NCBI GenBank assembly: GCA_020428795.1
Contig: JAGQME010000004.1
Span: 1 to 49,618, forward strand
DNA from: Candidatus Kaiserbacteria bacterium
Lineage (GTDB): Bacteria; Patescibacteriota; Minisyncoccia; Phycocordibacterales; UBA918
Direction of reading: 5' to 3'
DNA length: 49,618 nt
Part shown: positions 45,399 through 49,618 of the stretch, piece by piece
Position numbering within the stretch: position 1 is the first letter of the stretch
How the letters are laid out: each line of letters opens with the position of its first letter
Notes under the pieces: generated by a model
Told to the model about the DNA's origin: nothing
Databases searched by the model: none
What the model saw: only the letters and a program-made list of their open reading frames with translations
Position numbers and translations under genes: made by a program

Positions 45399-46721
45399 CT
45401 AACTCTTATAACTAACATCAACCCCTAAGGCAATTATCTTTTCAAAATACCTAGTCAAATCATCTGCCTCCTTTTCTGACAAAGCCAAACCACCAGCGGT
45501 GACACCCTTCATCATACCGGCATTTAATTCATCTTCACCACTAACACCAACTACTCGATCAGCAATCAACTCCGTGAGATTTTGATCTTGCTTCTTAGAC
45601 AACTTTAATCTATGCGCATGTAACAAATGATCCTTAAGGCGCTCGGCTAGTTTATGTTGACCGAAGAAAGCATGGTCGTTGTTTTGTTGTTTACGAAAAC
45701 GACGAATATCGTCAGCGTTACCGATTATTTTGGCCGAAGTATGTACCATTCTCCTAGCATCTTTCTCCGGCAACCCAACTCCACCCCGTTCATACGGCAT
45801 AATTAGAGCCTTCATAACCGCCACTTTATCTACCTTACCAGCAATAAAATGACTGATGATTGACTCCATTCTTACCAACTGATCGTACGTATAGTCCTGA
45901 GTTAATAGGTTGACCAGACTTTTTACCCTTAAAGTATCAACCGAATCATACGGAAAGAGTCTGGCCAATTGTTCTAACTCAGTAACAATGGTCTCCCCTT
46001 CTTTGACCGGTTTTATTTGTTTTCTTTGCGGATTCACAACCTCACGTACAATCGCACCATCTTTTAGGTAATACACACGGTGAGCGTAGCTTAAGTGAGC
46101 AGCGTTGTGTGACACCATGATAATAGTCCGTTTATCAAAAGTATTGATTTCATCAATCTTATCCATTACTTGTTGAGTGGACACGGAGTCTAGGTTTCCG
46201 GTTGGCTCGTCAGCGAGCAATATTTTAGGATCATTGACCATCGACCGAGACACTGACACACGTTGTTGCTGACCACCGGAAAGCATCGGAGTAATTTTAT
46301 GAGACACCATACCCACTCCAAACCGATCGAGCAACGATTGCGCCCTTCTTTCTCTGGTTGGTTTATCGACGTTAGCAAAAATCATTGGCAAAGCCACGTT
46401 ATCAAGCACCGTCAAAGATGGGATTAGGTTAAATTGCTGAAAGATAATACCCATCACATAGCGCTGGAAGTAAACACGATCCTCAATGCGAAGAGCATAA
46501 ATATCCTCACCACCAATACGCATCGTTCCACCACCCGGCGGTAGCGAACCCTGTATGGCATACATAAGAGTGGATTTTCCTGAACCAGAGGCTCCGAAGA
46601 GAATTATGTACTCACCTTCGTAAATATCGGTACTAGCATTAGACAGAGCCCTAAACTCGTTTGACTTACCTTTGTTATATATAATGTCAAGGTTGCGACA
46701 GATAATTAGTGGTTTGGCCAT
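45399..46721 (-). CDS. ABC transporter ATP-binding protein (MacB/LolD/FtsE-like) with unassigned ~210-aa C-terminal extension
   Basis: Start placed at ATG 46721 (MAKPLIICRNLDIIY); the track TTG is at 46769. GASGSGKSTLMYAIQG, LSGGQQQRVSVSRSM and ILLADEPTGNLD. Residues after ...YYLKDGAIVREV (nt 45402..46037) match no motif I recognise. Confidence 0.9.
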   Translation of the reverse strand: MAKPLIICRNLDIIYNKGKSNEFRALSNASTDIYEGEYIILFGASGSGKSTLMYAIQGSLPPGGGTMRIGGEDIYALRIEDRVYFQRYVMGIIFQQFNLIPSLTVLDNVALPMIFANVDKPTRERRAQSLLDRFGVGMVSHKITPMLSGGQQQRVSVSRSMVNDPKILLADEPTGNLDSVSTQQVMDKIDEINTFDKRTIIMVSHNAAHLSYAHRVYYLKDGAIVREVVNPQRKQIKPVKEGETIVTELEQLARLFPYDSVDTLRVKSLVNLLTQDYTYDQLVRMESIISHFIAGKVDKVAVMKALIMPYERGGVGLPEKDARRMVHTSAKIIGNADDIRRFRKQQNNDHAFFGQHKLAERLKDHLLHAHRLKLSKKQDQNLTELIADRVVGVSGEDELNAGMMKGVTAGGLALSEKEADDLTRYFEKIIALGVDVSYKS

Positions 46722-46811
46722 AGAAAAATTCGGCGAAAAAATCTCGTTTCTATAATTAGAACATACCAACCCTCTTTACCTTAGGGGTAGTATCCACACA
46801 TATCATCGAGA

Positions 46812-46910
46812 ATAAATAATTAACACTGGTCCCCTCCTCGCCCTGCTTCGGCTGAGGCCTCAGATCGGGCGTCCTCGTTCTCACTCGGAACGGATAAAAC
46901 TTCCCGAAGG
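46812..46910. repeat. Structured GC-rich intergenic repeat B, copy 1 (99 bp)
   Basis: 98/99 identical to 46946..47044. Much more GC-rich than its surroundings. Nested and pseudoknotted complementarities: CGCCC/GGGCG, CUUCGG/CCGAAG, CGUUC/GAACG and CUG/CAG. Confidence 0.9.
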
Positions 46911-46945
46911 ATTAACTACCAGATTTAAAACTAAGCAGCACAAGG

Positions 46946-47044
46946 ATAAATAATTAACATTGGTCCCCTCCTCGCCCTGCTTCGGCTGAGGCCTCAGATC
47001 GGGCGTCCTCGTTCTCACTCGGAACGGATAAAACTTCCCGAAGG
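46946..47044. repeat. Structured GC-rich intergenic repeat B, copy 2
   Basis: 134-bp period. The single difference is c46825 versus t46959. It begins 7 nt from the stop codon (47052..47054) of the Fn3 gene. Confidence 0.9.
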
Positions 47045-47051
47045 GGAGGTT

Positions 47052-48569
47052 TTATCCCGTGATGTTTTTGACCCAGCCGAAGGTACTTTCAAAGTTTTCT
47101 AGAATCAAATCAATGATGTTTTTTTCTTGAATCGGAGTAAACAACACAAAGTTTTCTGACTGAACAGCGTTTCCAGCTTCGTCCGTACAATTAAGCCAAA
47201 ACTGATAGACCGTAGCTGGAGCAAAATCAACCACTACCTGAACGTGTCGTTCAGTGTAATTAATTTGCTCATCCTCAACCACAATCGGATCAACTCCCCC
47301 GGCCACCCCTTCTCGATAAGTCATCGAACAATAAGCCGGTTCGTCGGTACGCCACTCTACAATCGTTTGAATCCTTGATTCACCACCCGGGAAGATAGTG
47401 GACTCATTCGTTACGTTACTAATAATCGGCGGAGCGGTATCGCGAGAAGTAATAAAAGTAATTGGCTGACTCCTTACCCTGTCACCACCAGAATTTTCTG
47501 AAATAGCGAAAGCAACGTATCTGGTACCTAAAGTAAGATCAGCTATACGCATCTGATGAGTAGTAGCTAGTGTGGGCCGACCGATAGAATTTTGAACACC
47601 TGTAGTCAAATCTTGGTACTCAATCAAAGCCTTGGCTGGTACGGTTGTATCCCAAGCAATCGTGGCTGAATCTTCTTCTACCTTTACAATTCGTAGGTTT
47701 CTAATGTCCGGTAAAGAAGCCTTCGTCTTAAAAGTAAAGTTTCGACTCTCACCTTCCACTCCCACCGAATCGGTTGAAATAACCTTAAAACTATAATCAG
47801 TGTAAGACTCTAATCCAATCAATTGGACTTCATGTTCTTGAGTTAGACCAGCCGTACTTGATTGTGAAAACTCATAATTTGTACCATCAAAGGTACTGGT
47901 TTTTGAAAATAACACCGTAGAATCAGCCTCACGATCAGTGGACCACTTAACCAAAGCGGTGGTAGTCTCCGGTATCACAGTTGGTGGACCGATGATGGTT
48001 AGATCGTCAGTAATACCTTGAATAGCCTGGATGGTGACATCAAGGATTTCTTGCAATTGTGTGACCTCGGTTATTTCTTGAATTTGCTCGATTATTTCTT
48101 CGGTGGTGGTATCACTTTGGTTTCCACCTTGCCCAGGAGCTTGGCCACTACCCTCTCCCGTACCCTGACTTTCAGACTGTCCTTCGCCCTGACCCTGTCC
48201 GGTATCTTGAGTAGTTTCGTTATCAGTCTGGATTTTATAATCAGCCGAAATACCTTGGTTACCCTCTTCATCGGCCGAGACAACTCGGAAATAATACTGC
48301 CGACCAGGTTCTAAATCGTCCAGTGTCACACTGTGAGACTGGCGATTAGCTTCCGGTATACGAACAATACCGTAATCGGGCTTCAAACCGTAGTTAACCA
48401 AGGAATCAGCGTCTTCATCGGTCTGCCACTTAATCTCAACTTCAGTTGGAGACACGATATTTATTTCAACGTTGGATATCTCTGGCGGAGTTACATCATT
48501 CGACTGAGCGTAAGTGAGGGTAGCCACCAAGAAGAATGAGACTAATACTGAGAAAAAACTTTGCTTCAT
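47052..48569 (-). CDS. Secreted protein with four fibronectin-type-III-like domains
   Basis: 505 aa. Signal peptide. Repeated pattern PPEISNVEINIVSPTEVEIKWQTDEDADSLVNYG...LEPGRQYYFRVVSADEEGN, seen four times with variation. Q/G/E-rich linker TGQGQGEGQSESQGTGEGSGQAPGQGG. Confidence 0.8.
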   Translation of the reverse strand: MKQSFFSVLVSFFLVATLTYAQSNDVTPPEISNVEINIVSPTEVEIKWQTDEDADSLVNYGLKPDYGIVRIPEANRQSHSVTLDDLEPGRQYYFRVVSADEEGNQGISADYKIQTDNETTQDTGQGQGEGQSESQGTGEGSGQAPGQGGNQSDTTTEEIIEQIQEITEVTQLQEILDVTIQAIQGITDDLTIIGPPTVIPETTTALVKWSTDREADSTVLFSKTSTFDGTNYEFSQSSTAGLTQEHEVQLIGLESYTDYSFKVISTDSVGVEGESRNFTFKTKASLPDIRNLRIVKVEEDSATIAWDTTVPAKALIEYQDLTTGVQNSIGRPTLATTHQMRIADLTLGTRYVAFAISENSGGDRVRSQPITFITSRDTAPPIISNVTNESTIFPGGESRIQTIVEWRTDEPAYCSMTYREGVAGGVDPIVVEDEQINYTERHVQVVVDFAPATVYQFWLNCTDEAGNAVQSENFVLFTPIQEKNIIDLILENFESTFGWVKNITG

Positions 48570-48593
48570 AGCTTGTCATTATAATAACACCGA

Positions 48594-49618
48594 CTACTCA
48601 CCAACAGCATAGAGGGTGTTGACTCCTTGGTGCGAGGTGGCGGCAGTACCAAACGGAACATTTATACCCCAATACAGCACATCATTTACAAATGGCGCTG
48701 GGGTGCTTGGTTTTGGTAGATCCAGTGGCACTGATTGAATGGTACTCGAGGATAGAGTTCCACAATCACCACAGGAGTTGTAGGTGAAAGTAGAGGTCGA
48801 GAACTTTTGTTCAGTGGCTGGGATGATTGAGGACAAACCATTACTCAAGTCAGTGGCTTCGATATCAATGTCCAGATTATCATTACCTAGGTTATAAATA
48901 GTGGTACTGGCATTATTGGCACCGGTGTCTTGCGCCGGTTCGAGTGTTCCGTAATCAATTCCTTGATTGGTTGATATATACCTTAGAGTCATCAGTTCCA
49001 CTCCCATCGCTGAAGAGAAATCATAACCACCCGCCGCATCTTCGACCTCTACGTAAGCCAACCATTCCTCACCCTCGTAAATATTGTCATCGGTTGGATC
49101 AGCGTTGTAGTAAATATCAGCCTGACACTGAATAGTACAAGTTGAACCAGCACAATCGGTAAATGAACAAGAACCAGCACTGGTGTTGCTTATATAGCAA
49201 TTATTTGTATCAGCCACACAAGCTGCTCCCGCCCCACTTCTGTAAATAGTAGAAGTAGCCAAAACCAGATCAGAGTAGCCATTAAGGTCACTTACTGTTC
49301 CGGTGGCGTAAACCGTAGTAGTAGCCCCTGGCTGTAAGGTAATCGGGTTTCCTTCGTTCAATATAATCGAACTGATAGTCGGATCAAAGCTTAGACTCAT
49401 CTCAGCCACTGTAGCGTAGGAATCAAGATCAGTGCCATTATTAGTCACCCGTAGACAGTAGCCATCTGAAGCATTAATAGTTGAAACTATGGCGTACTCT
49501 AATTCGGTATAGAAGTTTTGATCAACATCTAATGACGAGGTTATGGATGATGGACTAGTAACAACCGATCCGGCACTGAAGGCTCCGTTAGTTCCGGACA
49601 GTAAATCGGTGGTTGACT
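48594..49618 (-). CDS. Surface protein, 5'-truncated by the window edge: HFRNDDG-type module end, Cys-rich Ig-like region, type-2 WxL-like C-terminal domain
   Basis: The track lists 48594..49448 from an internal GTG, but the frame stays open to 49618. The upstream part reads ...NFYTELEYAIVSTINASDGYCLRVTNNGTDLDSY, matching FLELEYS...YCFR..G..L of the giant protein. The C-terminus IDYGTLEPAQDTG...IPATEQKFSTST...VLYWGINVPFGTAATSHQGVNTLYAVGE is paralogous to ORF 42117..44000. Confidence 0.75.
   Translation of the reverse strand, partial: STTDLLSGTNGAFSAGSVVTSPSSITSSLDVDQNFYTELEYAIVSTINASDGYCLRVTNNGTDLDSYATVAEMSLSFDPTISSIILNEGNPITLQPGATTTVYATGTVSDLNGYSDLVLATSTIYRSGAGAACVADTNNCYISNTSAGSCSFTDCAGSTCTIQCQADIYYNADPTDDNIYEGEEWLAYVEVEDAAGGYDFSSAMGVELMTLRYISTNQGIDYGTLEPAQDTGANNASTTIYNLGNDNLDIDIEATDLSNGLSSIIPATEQKFSTSTFTYNSCGDCGTLSSSTIQSVPLDLPKPSTPAPFVNDVLYWGINVPFGTAATSHQGVNTLYAVGE

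Noticed and set aside
46828-46910. An HDV-like self-cleaving ribozyme. The plus-strand GGUCCCCUCCUCGCC and CACUCGGA resemble the HDV GGUCCCAGCCUCCUCGC and CACUCGGA segments, and the element has a nested pseudoknot.
   Set aside because: I could not build the canonical architecture. There is no 7-bp P1 closed by a G.U pair at the cleavage site. There is no 3-bp P3 with the L3 loop directly abutting the P1 3' strand. There is no J4/2 C-N-R-A with a positioned catalytic C. I treat the resemblance as unproven; a covariance-model scan would decide.
46812-47044. A diversity-generating retroelement template/variable repeat pair.
   Set aside because: Both copies are intergenic rather than at the 3' end of a target ORF. 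They differ at one C/T position rather than at multiple adenine sites. No reverse transcriptase gene is present in the window.
1-49618. Alternative genetic code (UGA or UAG reassignment), as seen in some candidate phyla.
   Set aside because: Long motif-complete ORFs are uninterrupted under the standard code, including uvrA, uvrB and the 2082-aa gene. Examples of both TAA and TGA stops were checked and sit where the neighbouring gene begins.

Overview
This 49.6-kb window is moderately AT-rich and very gene-dense. Every coding region I can support (about 38 CDS) lies on the minus strand, with short gaps and three ATGA start/stop overlaps. I saw no rRNA, tRNA, CRISPR array, transposase, integrase or phage structural module.

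The style suggests a small-genome monoderm bacterium of the CPR/Patescibacteria type: co-directional operons, few Shine-Dalgarno sites, huge Thr/Ser/Gly-rich surface proteins, cohesin-like and tail-fibre-like repeats. That taxonomic call is inference only.

Left part (1-22 kb):
- A 3'-truncated tail-fibre-like repeat protein, absent from the ORF track because it runs off the window.
- uvrA and uvrB.
- A signalling cluster: FIST sensor, soluble histidine kinase and tandem-REC regulator; then a membrane histidine kinase translationally coupled to a 920-aa envelope protein; then a CheY-like regulator.
- A Tgt homologue that has lost its three zinc-binding cysteines.
- An FKBP isomerase, a CapA-like protein, an AI-2E transporter, and a DsbA-like / TlpA-like pair in which the TlpA-like CxxC motif reads SPHS.

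Right part (22-49.6 kb): one co-directional cell-surface island assembled from recurring module families.
- Three DUF916/DUF3324-like membrane anchors, one fused to a LytR_C domain.
- Four proteins ending in a related WxL-like C-terminal domain. These include a 2082-aa giant and a terminator-insulated 376-aa candidate major subunit.
- Three cohesin-like and two dockerin-bearing proteins.
- A four-domain Fn3 protein.
- A MacB/FtsX-type ABC transporter whose ATPase carries an unassigned extension of about 210 aa.

Two intergenic regions of the island each hold a tandem pair of long structured repeats (84 bp and 99 bp units, periods 133 and 134 bp). These match no feature class I recognise.

The island as a putative surface-complex or host-attachment system, and the two tandem RNA-like repeat pairs, are the most interesting items. 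All family assignments come from motif reading by eye and need HMM or structure confirmation.
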